The notes under the pieces: model-generated
What the model was told of the DNA's origin: nothing
Seen by the model: the letters and a program-made list of their open reading frames with translations, nothing else
Database searches by the model: none
Assembly (NCBI GenBank): GCA_010015585.1
Contig: ML975159.1
DNA: 64,000 bases
Origin: Eremomyces bilateralis CBS 781.70
Lineage: Eukaryota
Strand: one strand, 5' to 3'
Program-made: the position numbers and the translations under genes
Shown here: piece after piece, positions 26,196 through 40,047 of the stretch
How the letters are laid out: each line of letters starts with the position of its first letter
Numbering within the stretch: the stretch's first letter is position 1

Positions 26196-26404
26196 CGTAG
26201 GATGATTGGTTGCGGATCGATGGGTTTTTATAGTGGTAGTAGTCCTTGATTTTGGTCGTTCGGGGGTTTTGTATTTGGTATGCGATATCTCCGCTACAGG
26301 AATCATCTTCTCGATATCCTTCAAATAGCCACTCTTCTCACGTATTCGATAGCCACTCCACAATGCATAGAACAACGCTCCTCCGCACGGAACCTCTTCC
26401 CCCT

Positions 26405-28138
26405 CTACACCCGATAAATCGCATCCAAAACCTTCACACACTCCCCCATCTCCCTCGCATCATGCACTCTCACCACATCCGCCCCACCCACCACCGCTCC
26501 CGCCACCGCTCCCGCCGTCCCCCACCCCCGCTCCTTCGCCTCCCCCACCCCCGTCAACTTCCCAATAAACCCCTTCCGACTCGCCCCCACCAACCACGGT
26601 AACCCCTCTAGCCCCGGCCATCCCCGTAGCTCCCCCAGTCGCCGCAGCAGCTCGAGATTCTGCTCGCCCGTTTTCGCGAACCCGATGCCCGGGTCGAGTA
26701 TTATCCGCCAGCGGCGAATGCCGGCGGATTCCGCGGCGTGGACGCGCTCGAGCAGCTCGGACGCGACGGTGGGGATTAGGCCATGGGGGTAGTGCGTGAG
26801 GGAGTTCATCGTGTCCGGGGTACCGCGGGTGTGCGTGATGACGAAGGTCGCGCCATGCCGCGCGGTGACGTTCAGGATCTCCGGATCTAGCAACCCGCCG
26901 CTAATGTCGTTGACGATGGTGGCGCCGGCGCGAAGGGCGGCATCGGCGACGGGGGCGCGGTAGGTGTCGACGCTGATGGCGGGGACGTGGAGGGAGCGGG
27001 CGAGGGCGATGGCGGGGAGGACGCGGGCGGATTCGGCGGCGGCGGGGATGGAGGGGGCGTGTGGGCGGGAGGATTGGCCGCCGATGTCGAGGATGTGGGT
27101 GTGGGGGAGGAGGCGTGAGATGGTGGATTGGAGGGAAGCAGAGGTGTGGAAGCCGCCGTCGGAGAACGAGTCCGGAGTGAGGTTGAGGATGGTCATTATG
27201 AGGGTTTTTCGGGCGGGGTGCAGAGCAGTGATGGGAGGGAGAGACGGAGCGAGGGGGGTTAGTGTGGTTAGAGGGGGATCGGAGGGTGGTAAGCGGGTGA
27301 GATTTTCTACCACGGTGCCCACTGATCGTTCCAATGGGATATTGAATTCGGGGATGAGTCTATTGCGGTTACTTAGTATTCTTCGAGGCATTGAAAGTAC
27401 TTACTCAGACATTGGTCGCAGTACAAATTCCCGTTCGAGCATCAGAGGATGTGGGATCTGGAGCCTTTCGTGTTGATACGGCATCTCTCCATATAGCAAG
27501 ACATCCAAATCTATGCATCGCGGGCCTTTGTCTATGACCTTCACTCTTCCCATTGCATTTTCAATAGCTTGGAGTTTATCAAGCAATTCAATGGGTGACA
27601 ATCGTGTCTCTACCTACGCGGTTTTAGTCTCTCGATATCTGACCATCTCCTTCGGGATACCTACCTCACATGCGCCATTCACAAAGTTATTCTGGTCAGA
27701 CACATACATCGCCTCAGTCTCCCATAAGCTGCTCGTCCTTAGGATTTTAATCGTCCCATCTGAGTCCATCTCTTTGCATGCTTCCTCGATCATGGCAATA
27801 CGGTCTCCCATATTGCTTCCGAGGGCGATATACGCTCGGACGGGTTCCCGCATACCTGCAGCGTCTAATTGCGGACTCGAATGAAAATTTTCACGCGAAC
27901 CGAAGTTCTTTCCCATCTTCAACGCGGCAATATATCCACACCTCTCTTGGTGTTTGTGGACGTGTCGGAGACGACGCGCCTGTTCTTGACCAGGGATTTT
28001 TTTTGGATTCGAAATTTCCAACTCTTCAAAGGTTGCCCAAGCACGGAGTGGCCTTCTTGCATTCCCTTGTAGGATTTTAAATAGGTTGGTTTGGCCAAAG
28101 CCAGAATTGATGATCCGCCTCCTTGAAAGAGCCAACAT
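26405..28138 (-). CDS. FOL1: Folate synthesis protein, bifunctional HPPK-DHPS
   Basis: HPPK: AYIALGSNMGDR, KGPRCIDLDVLLY, IPHPLMLEREFVLRP. DHPS: IMTILNLTPDSFSDGG, DIGGQSSRP, ILDPGIGFAK, GASRKGFIG, VRVHD. Basic N-terminal presequence-like leader. Confidence 0.93.
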
Positions 28139-28884
28139 CGGTCAGCGAAACGAACTCCGATATAGGACAGCGACGCGCTCCGGAGTGGACCGGATTCACC
28201 CCAATGGCTCCAATGATGTCAACCCTTGATGTTTTGCCCAATGCTCTTGCGTAGGAGTGCTTCCGAATGGATATATCTCTTTTCGGCCCTAATTATGCTT
28301 CCCGACCACCTGTGTTTAGACTTTAGAGACTCCAGCACTGTCCCAACGGTATTGATCTCCTGAACCACAACTAGGGTTAGTGACTTCGATTCCGAGAAAC
28401 AATGGGCGTTGATCTAGTTCGGATTTATGCTAGCCATATTCAATGGCATTCGAGAAGAAGTTATTCCACGGTCAACAAAAAAGCATTGGAAGATTCAAAT
28501 GTGATGGTGATGTCAACGGAAAACTGTGGGGCGTTGGTTGAGGCTCCAATTGATGACAGGGGGGAGGAGGAACGACTTCATATGGACATCGGTTGACGTT
28601 TAATACTTATACTCTAACCATACCACCACTTAAGACACTATTTCGATTTGGTATGCTTTTCTTGTTCATAAGCAGCATTAAACATAAACGGACATATATC
28701 CACGGATTCATAAACTAAACAGGAACCCCGAAAGCCCCCGAACCTCTCTCTCCGCACCAGACTTCCGACCCCCTCATGGCCTACAGATTGGTCCTCTGGC
28801 TACAGGAGAAGGCATAACAGACACCCAACTCTATATCACACCGTCGAAGACCCCAATGGTTCCTCCGGGTCCATCATCCTCACC

Positions 28885-30654
28885 ATGCCTCGCTTCCGCA
28901 TCCGCCGCCGCAAACCCCGCATCACCACCACCTTCAAATTCCTCTCCGCCGCCCTCGTCCTCATCTTCTACTTCGTCTTCATGTCCTTCAAAACCCCCAC
29001 CCCACACCACAGGATGCATCTTCCGAAAGTCAAGACCCCACCGATTCAATTCGGCCACGCGGTGAAATATAGCATCTCTCCCGACCCCGAAAAGCTCCGG
29101 CGCACTCGCGACGCCATGCAGCACACCTGGTACGCATACCGCAACCATGCGTGGGGCCACGACGGTATCAAGCCCGTGAGCGGGAAGCCAGACGACTCGC
29201 GGAACGGGTGGGGCGCGTTCATCGTGGACAGCAGCACGACGCTGGCGCTGATGGACCTGTGGAGCGAGCTGAAGCTGAACATCCAACACATCCTGCGCAT
29301 CGACTTCACCCAGGCGATCGGCCTCGTCGACCCGTTCGAGACCACCATCCGCTACCTCGGCGGCATGCTCTCCCTAATCGAGATGAGCGACGCCGGCCTC
29401 ATCCCCGAGAAGGTCATCGACCAAGACGAGCGCGACCAGCTCCTCGCCCAGGCCGTCACCCTCGCGGAGAAGCTGGGTCCCGCGTTCGATACTCCGACGG
29501 GGCTGCCGTGGCCGCGCGTGGACTTCAAGCGGAACATCGGGACATGGGTACCGGACCCGGGCAGCGATCACGACAAGGACCATGAGAAGGACCCGAACAA
29601 GCCGCCCTCCGACCCACCGAGCATCGGCCCCGCGAGAGCGGGCACGAATATCCTCGAATACCACACGCTCAGCAAGTTGACGGGGGACGCGACGTACATC
29701 AACAACGCGACACGTGCATGGACGTCGCTAGTATGGCCGAAGAAGGAGGAGCGGATGCGGGGGCTCGTCGAGGGGCCGATCAACATCCTCACCGGCAAAG
29801 TGACGAAGCCGCACGCGAACTGGGACGGCGGCCACGACTCGTTCTACGAATACCTCCTCAAAGCCAGCCTCCTGATCCCCTCGAACCGGCACACCGCGCA
29901 CTACCAAAAGCGCTTCCACCAGGCCGCCACCTCCCTCCGCGAGCACCTCACCTCCCGCTCCGCCTACGAAATCACCCCCGACATCCACCTCACGCAACAT
30001 CTCTTCCTCGGCAAGCGCCTCGGCCCCCACCTCCTCAACGAGCAATCCCACCTCGCCTGCTTTGCCCCAGCCACCCTCCTCCTCGCCACCGCCCACCTCC
30101 GCCGCCCCGACCTCCGCCCCCTCGCCCGCGCCCTCCTCGAATCCTGCCACCACCTCGCTACTTCCACCCCTAGCAACCTCCCCCCCGAGCTCGCCCGCTG
30201 GATGCCCGCCACCCCGCCGTACGAAAACGCGAGCTTCGCCCCGGAGTCCTCCGCAGAGTGGGCGCAGTTGTCGAAACACGCCTTCTGGGCGCCCGACCCG
30301 GCGTACCACCTCCGTCCGGAGTACTTCGAGAGCTTGTTCGTCGCGTACCGCGTCACGGGCGAGGCGCGGTATCGCGACTGGGCATGGGAGGCGTTCGAGG
30401 CGATCGATCGGCGGTGTCGGGCGCGGTATGGGTATGCGGGGTTGGTGGATGTGATGGCGGCGGGGACGGAGACGAAGACGGGGGAGGGGAAGGGGGATGG
30501 GGAGAAAAATTCGGGGCGGATCGATCTACAGGAGAGTTGGTGGGCAGCGGAGACGGTGAAGTATGCATTTTTGATCTTTGGAAGTGGGGGGATGGGGGGG
30601 TTGGATGAGTGGGTGTTTAGTACGGAGGGACATTTGTTTCGGCGGCCGGGGTGA
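28885..30654 (+). CDS. GH47 class I alpha-1,2-mannosidase, type II membrane protein
   Basis: N-terminal TM helix, AWGHDGIKPVS, NGWGAFIVDSSTTL, FETTIRYLGGMLS, DSFYEYLLK, HLACF, LRPEYFES, ESWWAAETVKY, FSTEGH. Confidence 0.93.
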   Translation: MPRFRIRRRKPRITTTFKFLSAALVLIFYFVFMSFKTPTPHHRMHLPKVKTPPIQFGHAVKYSISPDPEKLRRTRDAMQHTWYAYRNHAWGHDGIKPVSGKPDDSRNGWGAFIVDSSTTLALMDLWSELKLNIQHILRIDFTQAIGLVDPFETTIRYLGGMLSLIEMSDAGLIPEKVIDQDERDQLLAQAVTLAEKLGPAFDTPTGLPWPRVDFKRNIGTWVPDPGSDHDKDHEKDPNKPPSDPPSIGPARAGTNILEYHTLSKLTGDATYINNATRAWTSLVWPKKEERMRGLVEGPINILTGKVTKPHANWDGGHDSFYEYLLKASLLIPSNRHTAHYQKRFHQAATSLREHLTSRSAYEITPDIHLTQHLFLGKRLGPHLLNEQSHLACFAPATLLLATAHLRRPDLRPLARALLESCHHLATSTPSNLPPELARWMPATPPYENASFAPESSAEWAQLSKHAFWAPDPAYHLRPEYFESLFVAYRVTGEARYRDWAWEAFEAIDRRCRARYGYAGLVDVMAAGTETKTGEGKGDGEKNSGRIDLQESWWAAETVKYAFLIFGSGGMGGLDEWVFSTEGHLFRRPG

Positions 30655-31240
30655 AGGGGTTAGGTGATTTTCTCTTGATACTCTGCATTTGGCGGAGGGA
30701 TGGTGTTTTGATAGGAGGGTGTGGATAAGATAGGCATGGGGCATTGTTCCTGGATATCGGGATGGTATTGTTCATACTATGGCGTTGGGGATTACACGAT
30801 ACCAGTAACTACTGTTCAGACTAGCTATGTATCCAAAACTATCGTATTCTTTGCTAACATGCTTGTACGTTGCTCCCCCTGGCTGTTTTAAGCATCATAC
30901 ACAATTCACACAAAAATCCAACGTCAATGTCATGTTCTCAAACCCTCCAGCCAGAGGTTAAATTCATGACAAATACGCTTTTCCAGTCAACTCAACAAAG
31001 GCTAAGAGTCCGGAGTAGAGAGAATATCTCTCTTCGAGGCCTTACTATTATTCCTCACATTTGGCAAAGATAGGAAGCCGCTAATCCTATACGACCCAAC
31101 CCCTGGAATATTCCACCTCCAATCATCATCAATATGATCATACAACTGACGCTCGAGGAAATCGCCCATCAATCATGCCCCCGAACCCAGGCTCGTCACT
31201 AACGGACCATCACATCGCTAACAAATACCAACGCTCAAAT

Positions 31241-32633
31241 CTACAACTTCCCCTTGCCCACGATGTACGCGTTGCCCTTGTTCATCCAGACAACGGCGTC
31301 CTTGACCAGCTCGTCCACAATGATCTTGGCCGGCTTCTTGTCGTTGACGACGGCGGCCGCCTTGCCCATCAGGAACGGACGGACGTTGTCCAGCGTGTCG
31401 TCGTCGATGTCGTCGCCCATCGTCTCCATGTCGTACTCGACCGGGATCTTGCCGCTCTGGGTGAGCGTCTTGATCTCGGCAGCGCGGTTCTCCTCCCAGT
31501 TGGAGATGTAGGGGTTGTTGCGGACGCGGAGAGGTCGGCCCTAGAAACAAATATTAATACCTGTATTCGAAAGATTTGGGACATGAGCGAGGCACTTACG
31601 GTGAAGATAATGGTGCGAATGTTATCGTCGAACCCGGAAGTTCGGACGGCCTCCTGGTGAGCTTTCGGTGCACCCGCCTCGTCGGCAAGGATAAACCGCG
31701 TGCCAACCCAGACAGCGCTGGCGCCCAACATCAACGCAGCCGCGACCGACTGTCCGCTGAAGATCCCACCGGCGGCGATGATCTGCACGGGCTGGCCGGT
31801 CATGGGGGATTTATGGCCCTTGACAAGCTCCGCAACGGTGGGGATGAGGACGGTGGTGGGGACGTCGCCGGTGTGGCCGCCACCCTCACCACCCTGGGCG
31901 CAGATGAGGTCGACGCCGAGCTCGAGGCACTTCTTGACGTGCTTGGGGTGACCGATCATGTTCATGTAGAGGATTCCGGCCTTGTGGAGCTTCTCGACGA
32001 CGTGCTTGGGGGGGACACCGACGGCGGAGACGAAGAGTCTGGCGCCGGATTCAATGGTGATGTCGATGAGTTCGTCAAGCTTGCCCTTGGTGTAGTCGTA
32101 GCTGTAGAAGGAAATTGTCAGTCTACGTTCATCGTACTTTCAATCGGTTTTGGCAACTCCATATCCGGTTGGACCACGGGAATTGCCGAATTCTAGGCTT
32201 TTCGAGGACTTACTTCGTCTTCCTGGCATTGCCACCAACCTGCGGCAACAACAAATCCACACCGAACGGAGCGTTCTTGTCATTCAAGAATCCCTTCAAC
32301 TCGGCAATCTGCTCCCGCAGCATGTCGGGGGTGTAGCCGACACCTCCAATAACCCCCAGACCACCGGCATTGGTGACAGCGGCAGCGAGCTTGGGACCGG
32401 CAGCCACGTTCATACCAGCCAGCAGAACTGGATGGTTGATCTTCAAGAGATCGGTGGTGACGGTTCGGATTTGCTCTGGAGGGTATTGTTAGCGATGTCC
32501 TGTACAACTCCATGGTTCTGAAGGGATAGGTGGTATGATTGTGGTAGAATCGTGCTAGTTGATCGTATCCAAGGGGCATGTGATAACCACACTGCGGGGA
32601 AGACTGGTTCAAAGACTTACGTGGGCTGGCCAT
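31241..32633 (-). CDS. Nitronate monooxygenase (2-nitropropane dioxygenase family), multi-exon
   Basis: KINHPVLLAGMNVAAGPKLAAAVTNAGGLGVIGG, CAQGGEGGGHTG, IAAGGI, GASAVWVGTRF, RPFLMGKAAAVV. Confidence 0.92.
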
Positions 32634-35600
32634 TGTGAAGGATGTGGAAGTATCGATGATACTGGTAAGGGGGAGATGGTTGATGTGAGGAGTTGTATAG
32701 GAGGAAAAGGAGATGTAGAAGACAGATAGATGTGATAGATGTGAGTATCAGATGGTAAGAGAAAGAAAAGGTGCGGAGTCTCGAGGAATTAAAAGGCCAG
32801 GGAAGGGGCCGAAATGGACAAGGAAAGGACGATGGATCAGTGCCCATACCGAGGCTCGTGTCCAGCGCGTCATTCGTGCCATTGATCCCTATCACCTTAG
32901 TCCCGCTAGTGCCGCATCTCCCCGCTCTTTCCCCATATTACCCGACAATTGCACGTGAAAGTCTCGCAAAGCTGCCAACACGTGAGGGGCAAACGCCTCC
33001 CCACAAAGCTCGCGTTGGCCACTGTGAGCCGCCGGAGTTGACAAGCGCGGCGATGTTTCATTCCGACTCGCACTACAACGCGCCTCGGCCTGGTAAACTG
33101 GTCGTATACTCCGATACGGTCGGGACGCCGAAGAGACTAATAAGTACCGTTTCCCGCGTTGATTGCGGGCTAGCTACTTTGGGGGGCGTGTGCGATGGAG
33201 ATACCGAACGGCCAGATCGCGAAATGGAAGTTCCTCCGCAGGAGAGAGTGGTGCTGTGGTCGGTGAGAGGACATTCCGCCATCCTCCATAGCTTCGAAAC
33301 AACCGAGAGGACAAGTCACTCAAATATCGAAGGTATGAACCGAGTCTCCGAACTTCGAAAACAGACTTGGGGAACACGTCCTTTCTTCAACATTCCAGGA
33401 AGCCATCCGTTAGCCTTGGAGCAGTCAAACGGTGATCCGGTTTCGGGGGTCTTATTCTTCTCATAAGTGGTGACATGATCGACATCTAGCCTCATCCTCG
33501 AGTTCGGTGGCTCCAAAACGCGGTAGTAAACAGAAACCCATTGTCCTCCATCGGGAGACGTAGCAAGTTGCTACAACAATACCTAGGATGGAAGCTAAAG
33601 GTTGTCGAGAGGAATGCGACAGGTAGGAATCGCCTGAAATACATTTCCTCCGACTATTACATATGATTCGGTTGAAGTCTTGGTCTTGATTGTCGTGCTG
33701 GGGCTTCTTTTGTGAACTCATGCACTTCATAGCAAGTATTCGTGGTTTCATATCCATTTTCTGTTCAATATGATAGTTGACAGGCAAGCAAGGGAACTCG
33801 ATATTCACCGCGCTTTAGGATGCCGATATGCTCTCCGAGCCGCTGTGAGGGAATGCAAGATTTCACGCTCTCGTAGGAGAGAGGATTAGCTTGCAATAAA
33901 ATACTCTCGTGTCGACCTCGTTCGAGGATTCGCGAGCGGAGCTGGTCGACGGAGATCAGCCCATATGGACTCAATGCGGAAATCAACCGACCAAGTCCGG
34001 CGTTTCTCAACAGCTATGGAATTTAGGAACGTCTCTCGGTGCCTTTTGTCGTGGAAGGGTTGGAAGCATGACGGAGATGAAGTCGGAGGCCCGCCGATTG
34101 GAATCCGCCACCTGTTGCTAGAATTATCGAAATCTGTGTATTCAATGCTGCCTGATCCTAAGTAGCCTACATAGAAACCTCCCCTCTACGTGAAGTCCAT
34201 TTAAGAGCCTCTTCCGACAGTCCACTACTTTCGGAAAGTATTGTTTCTTGGCATGGTCCCATATGAGGTGCGCTTCTTTGTAATGTAATAGATGGACTAA
34301 AGTAACCAAGATCACGATAGATGACCCCCTTGCGGAACTCCTCATCATGGATTTTGGCCTTGCAGTCGTATTCAACCAGTCTGGCAGGTCTTTCTTACCC
34401 TTATGGTCGGGTCAATTCACGATGCCCATTACGGCTTGGTTGATCCCGTCCGAGCCAATTCCGTCGTCACAAGCCTCACGGATCATAGCCCAAGTTCCAA
34501 GGCGCCATTTAGCTACGTAGAGACCCTGTACTAGTGTTGAGTAAACTAGGTAAGTAGTTGAATATGGAAATACTTACCATTGTTCCCCTACCAAGGTCTG
34601 CAACCGCCGCTCGCTCGACGGGGCCCCTACCGCAGCTATTATCGGACACAACTCCGAAGAAAGAGGCTACCGCTTGACTAAACACCTAGACATTCCATTC
34701 TCCTTAGTTTCAGGCTTTAGCCTTCACGGTTCACCTAGAATTCGCGACATTTTTCATAGAGGAGTGGGCTAGTGAGCTGGGCACGCACGGCACGATACAA
34801 GGACCGTGACGCCATTGAGGGTGGAATCTAGTGGAATCGGCGACGACGGTCTCGAGAATGCGATATAGTACGCGCTGGCAAAAGTACTGGAAATTGTCCT
34901 TGAGACCGGTATTTTGCTCGACATCTTTCTTTTTAGATACTCGCTTGCCGGAAACGGTAGCCTGCATATTCCTCTTGATGTAAAGGAGAAATACTCCGTA
35001 GAGCAGAGGGAAGAAAATGATATAGAGGTCGAAGGTCATCACCACCACCCCAGTCTCTTCAATATCCTTCCCCGCGTCTGGCCTTCATCCATCTGACGAA
35101 GGTTGGTTCGCGACTGCTATAAATCGCTTTGTGGTATTTTCCAATCAGTTCAAAGAACCGTCATCTATTTAATATAAGGCTCTCGTTATCCAGCTCCCAA
35201 CATCTACCGCGATTGTCAAACGATAGGTATTGGATGAGGGCCCGCTCTGCTCGCTGACTTCCATTGGTGTGCTTGGGTTGCTTTCATTACCGCTTGTCTT
35301 TAGGTGCTGTGTTTGGCGTATGCGCCGCGCCATGGGCTTTGATAGAGCGTGTCGAGGACTTTAGACAGGTAAATCAGTAATGGCCGGAAGACTATAATTC
35401 GTGTAAGTAGGAATATGAACGCGTTGAATCGAACTCTGCGTCCCAAGGACGATGAAAATAGAACTGAAGTTCGAGAGAGCGGTTTCTCAAGTTGCACAAT
35501 CTCTACGGTGTACTGTCACTCTGTTAGCCCAGCCGACAGCCACAGCCGCTTTTGCTTTTTTTCCTTCATCAGACGGGATGACCGTGCGACAAGTCTGCAT

Positions 35601-36250
35601 AACTATACTCTGTAAAGTGTAGTTATTAACTCCAAGAATCCTCAGTTAACTTATTCCTCGGGGTATTCCTCAGGGTTAGGACAGCATCAAAGAGTCGTTC
35701 ATCATATATCTGTGGTGGATCGATTCCGGATTGTTTTTCGTTTACACTCTAAATCCAGGTATTGTCAGTGAGCATAAGACATGTTGGCAGAGGGATGTCC
35801 CACCAAGTACTGACACTTGGCAGACTTCGGCCACAAAGCCACAAGGCTCATTTTACTGAGATCCTGCACGTGACGTCCCCCCTGAACTGGATGCACTGGA
35901 GATGCTTATTCGATGTGCGAAAGTCGAGTAAAGCGCATAAGGTGTGAATAGAAAGTGGATATCTTCTCTATGAACTATGGGATGCATGTTGGTTGGACAT
36001 GCTTCGAGCTGCCAACCATTGAATCCACGATTACATATCTGCATTGGTGATAGAAGAACAAGGGGTGGGAGTCGTAGCAGTGGTTCCCTAGATTCTCAAA
36101 GAGCCAGCGGGTATTTGGCTTCAATCCCTGACACTGAAGAGCTTCAATCGTAAAGTATGTTGTTAAATTGAATCCTCCACTGATTATACACCCGAGTGGT
36201 GCTGAATTCCAGCTCCTTTTTTATAGTATATGATAATTCCCCAACCCTGA

Positions 36251-38733
36251 TCACTGAACGGTCAAAATCGCCGGGCCCGTCAAGTTCGCGCTCGAGGTGC
36301 CCATGTTGATCTCAAACTCACCAGCCTCGACCACATACTGCATCTTGATGTTCCACAGACCCAATTCCTCTACCTTCACCGGGATCTCCACTTCCAGAGA
36401 CTCGCCCGCCTTGATCATCACCTTCTTGAACCCCTTGAGCACCTTGTTCGGCACAGTGATGCTGGCGATGAGATCGCTCACGTACAACTGGACCACTTCC
36501 TGACCATCCCTGCCACTGGCATTCGTCACCGTCACCTTTGCGGTCACGGTATCCCCCTTCTTCGCCGTCTCCTGCGACAGTGTGACGTTCGAGTACACAA
36601 ATGTCGAATAGCTCTTGCCGTAGCCGAACTCGTACAACGGCACCGGCGTCCCCAGAACATACTGATGTCCAAACTCTAGTTCACCAGTCGTCTCATTCAG
36701 CCCTCCGGCCTCCAGCGACCGCCCACTGTTCAGATAATCATAGAAAATCGGCAAGCTCCCGACATCGGTCGGAATGCCCACGCTCAACTTTCCACTGGGG
36801 TTCACGTCCCCGAACAGCACGTCCGCCAACGCATTACCACCCTCTTCTCCAGGGTAGAACTGCTGCACCAGCGCAGCCGCCTTCTTGCTAATCCACGGCT
36901 CGGTGACCGGCTTCCCTGACGAAAACACTACAACCGTCGGCGTATCCGTCTCCAAAATCGCACGCACAAGCGCCGCCTGCGCACCCACAAGGTTCAGCGA
37001 GTTCACGTCAACGTGCTCGCCGGTCGTGGCGTTCAGACCTGCCCAGAGCTCGTTCTGGTCGCGCGACCAGGTGCCGACGACAACGACGGCGATGTCGGCG
37101 GCGCTGGCGACGGAGGCGGCGGCGGGGATGGCCGATTCGTCGTTGGACCAGCGCTCACAACCTTTGGCGTAGGTGACGGTGCCGGTGGAGGCGGATTGGA
37201 TGCCGGCGAGGGGGGTGATGCCGCGGTATTGGGAGAGGTGGACAACGTAATCGCCATACTGGGGAGGGAAGGTTAGCGAAGATGCTCGGGTGGGGTCAGT
37301 GGAGGTACTTACGTTCATGAAACCGTCGGCCATGGGACCGATGACGGCGATGTTTGCGTCCTTTTTGAGAGGGAGGAGGTTGTTGTTGTTCTCAAGCAGA
37401 ACGATGGACTCGGCGTCCAACTCTCGTGCAAGCTTGATATGTTCCGGTGTATGAATCAACTTTGAGGTCTTGTTTGCTGGGGCAGCGAGATATGGGTTCT
37501 CGAACAGGCCCATGGCGAACTTCGCTCGGAGGACGCGCGAGACGGCAGTGTCCACAGTCTTGATATCCAACTCCTTGGACTCGATGAGCGCAGGGATGGT
37601 CTTGAAATTGAAGGATCCGCCACCCATCTCGACGTCATTGCCGGCTGGTAGAACATACTTCGTCACGGCCTCCGAATCGATTGGGTCTGATCGGCACATC
37701 TTGAAGGCGTTGCAGAGACGGTCCGTGCCGCCAGCGTCGGACATGACGAAGTACTGGTAGCCCCATTCTTCGCGGAGGATCTATTCGAGAGCGTTGGTTC
37801 AGCACCACGAGCATATGAGAGCAGATGTTTAATGTCACTCACCTCAGTCATCAGATGATGGTCCATCACTGCCGGGATCCCATCGTATGAATCGTATGCA
37901 CTCATCACCGAGTATGCACCGCCATCCATAATGGTCCTCTTGAACGGCGGCAACCACGTGGTCCGCATCTCCCGCTCACCTCCATGTACCGGCCCCGTAT
38001 TCAATCCCTGTTCCGGCATGCTAAATCCGGCGAAATGCTTCACCATTGCGCTGACATTACCGGCTTGCAGCCCCTTGACATAGGAGTATCCCATCTCTCC
38101 AGATAGATGCACATCCTCGCCGAATGTCTCTTCAACACGCCCGAAGCGTAGCTCCCGAGCAAGGTCGACCACCGGAGCAAAGATCTGGTTGACGCCGAGC
38201 GCGAGCGACTCCTGCGCGATTGCGTAAGCCATCTTCTCGACGAGGTCGGGGTTGAACGAGCAAGCATATGCGATGGGGCTGTTGAAGATCGTGGCATTCT
38301 CGATCAGGAACCCGTGGATGCCTTCCGATTGCACGAAGGCTGGGATCCCGAGGGTGGTGTTGTGCAGAAGGTAATCCTGTCCCTTCTTGACGTTCTCGGC
38401 GATCCATTGCTGCGGAACGGGATAGCCGACGTAGAAGGAACCGGACTTGGAGGCCATGGAGTCGATGAGGCCGGAAACGTTGAAGGCATTGGTGGTGCTG
38501 TTCATCCAGTTGCCAACATCGCCTTGCATGAGTTGAGACACCTTGTCGGAGAGGGTCATGCGGGAAAGGAGGTCCTTGACGCGAGATTCGACATCTGCGG
38601 TAGGGTCCTTGTAAACCACACCATTCGAAGGGTTAGGTTTCCCATGGCCAGGTTGGTTCCCGTGACCACGATCATCGGCTGCCAACACTGATGAACTGGC
38701 AAGGAGAGAAAGGAGGAAGTGTCGTAGAGCCAT
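36251..38733 (-). CDS. Secreted GH3 glycosidase, resembling isoprimeverose-producing oligoxyloglucan hydrolase (IpeA subfamily)
   Basis: Signal peptide MALRHFLLSLLASSSVLA. SQLMQGD, FYVGYPVP, DLARELRFGRVEETFGED, KHFAGF, nucleophile region VMSDAGG, WSRDQNELWAGLNATTGEHVD, C-terminal Fn3-like domain. GH3 is secure; the IpeA subfamily call rests on recalled similarity. Confidence 0.9.
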
Positions 38734-40047
38734 CGTATCGACTGTGCCCCGTAGGCTTCAATTCAGACTTTGGCACTGCTCAAGAACGAGATACCATCAG
38801 CACCATCATCCTGAAGAGGTGCATCCGCCATGTTTATATCCTTTCCAAGGGCAAATTACTAGTTTCCGAGTAACCGGAGTGGAATTACACACATCAGTAA
38901 TGACGTCCTGATGCCAGATGAAACCATGTACCTGCATCTTGGATTTCCTAGCTCTTCCTTCATGGAGACAATTTCATCCCGCCCTACCTCTATTCAATAT
39001 CAGATCGACATATTGAAGCTCGGCGGTCCTCTGCTGACAAGGTCATGGCAGAATGTTCCTGGCCCTTTCCCCGGCATTTTTCCAATTTCCGGGACCCCAG
39101 ATTGAGCCATCATTACAGCCGGCAGGGCATCGTGAACTCTTCATAACCATTTAGCCAAAAGGCAATAGCAATTTACGATGATATCGCTGGCCGGGAGATT
39201 GACATGCGATGAGATGAAATCTCTGGAAATGAGAAGGTTGAAAAAAGCGTCGAAGGTGGCGTAGTAAGACCGAACCATCCCTTGGCGCAGCGCGATGATT
39301 GAGCCGGACGAGGAAATGGCGCCCTCTCGCCTCTCAGCATCCTGGCGATGCTCGCTTGATGGGTGACCCATCCTGCGATTCATTCATTAGGATTTCATCC
39401 ATGCCCCTTGTTCTTCCGCAACTCCACACTCCAACTACTAGGGATAATTTCGGGGATATTTAGGCTAAACGGGATGCACCATGCACCCCGCGACACTGTG
39501 TTTACGCTGACATGACTCCGATCTGGATGCAGCCGATGGTCAAAAATTTGATAGGATCCCATGACAATGAGGAGATGATTCGTCCCCACTTCCTCCGTTA
39601 TCAACGGGCGTTGGCGCGCCATCCCCTTCCTCGGAGCTCTCTATAGCATTTTTGCCGGGACCCGCGCCGGACGCTAGATAGTAGATGAGCTGGCGCCATG
39701 GACTAGATTGCTGACGCCAGTGAGGAAGCTTAAAAGAGCTAGGATGATGGGAAGGATATTCTTCCACGGTTCCACCCCAGATCAGACGTCGGTCTAGCCA
39801 CAAAAATGGGTAAATTCAAAAATGGATATGGGGCTCCATGGGGTGAGCAGAATATCGGAACCGCTACTGGCACGTGGAATGGGGATGAAATGGTTTCTCG
39901 GGAAAGACTGGAGAGTTTGGGACTCGTTGGTCTAGTCTTTATATACCTTGCGACATCCCCAAAGTTTCGCATGGCAAGCTGAACGTCTTGAGTGTGCTGG
40001 AATCTGGAGAACCTTACCAGTGCAGATCAATCCATCAGGTCGCAATC

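Noticed and set aside
27850..28138. Absence of a DHNA domain in FOL1
   Set aside because: A bifunctional HPPK-DHPS form is, to my knowledge, ordinary in filamentous ascomycetes.
34570..34580. ATACTTACC resembling the U1 snRNA 5' end
   Set aside because: Following sequence does not match U1; it is simply the reverse complement of a splice donor.
32771..35100. Several 60-230-aa ORFs between NMO and GH3
   Set aside because: No coherent exon chain or known motif. It could be an orphan or decayed gene, but this is unsupported.
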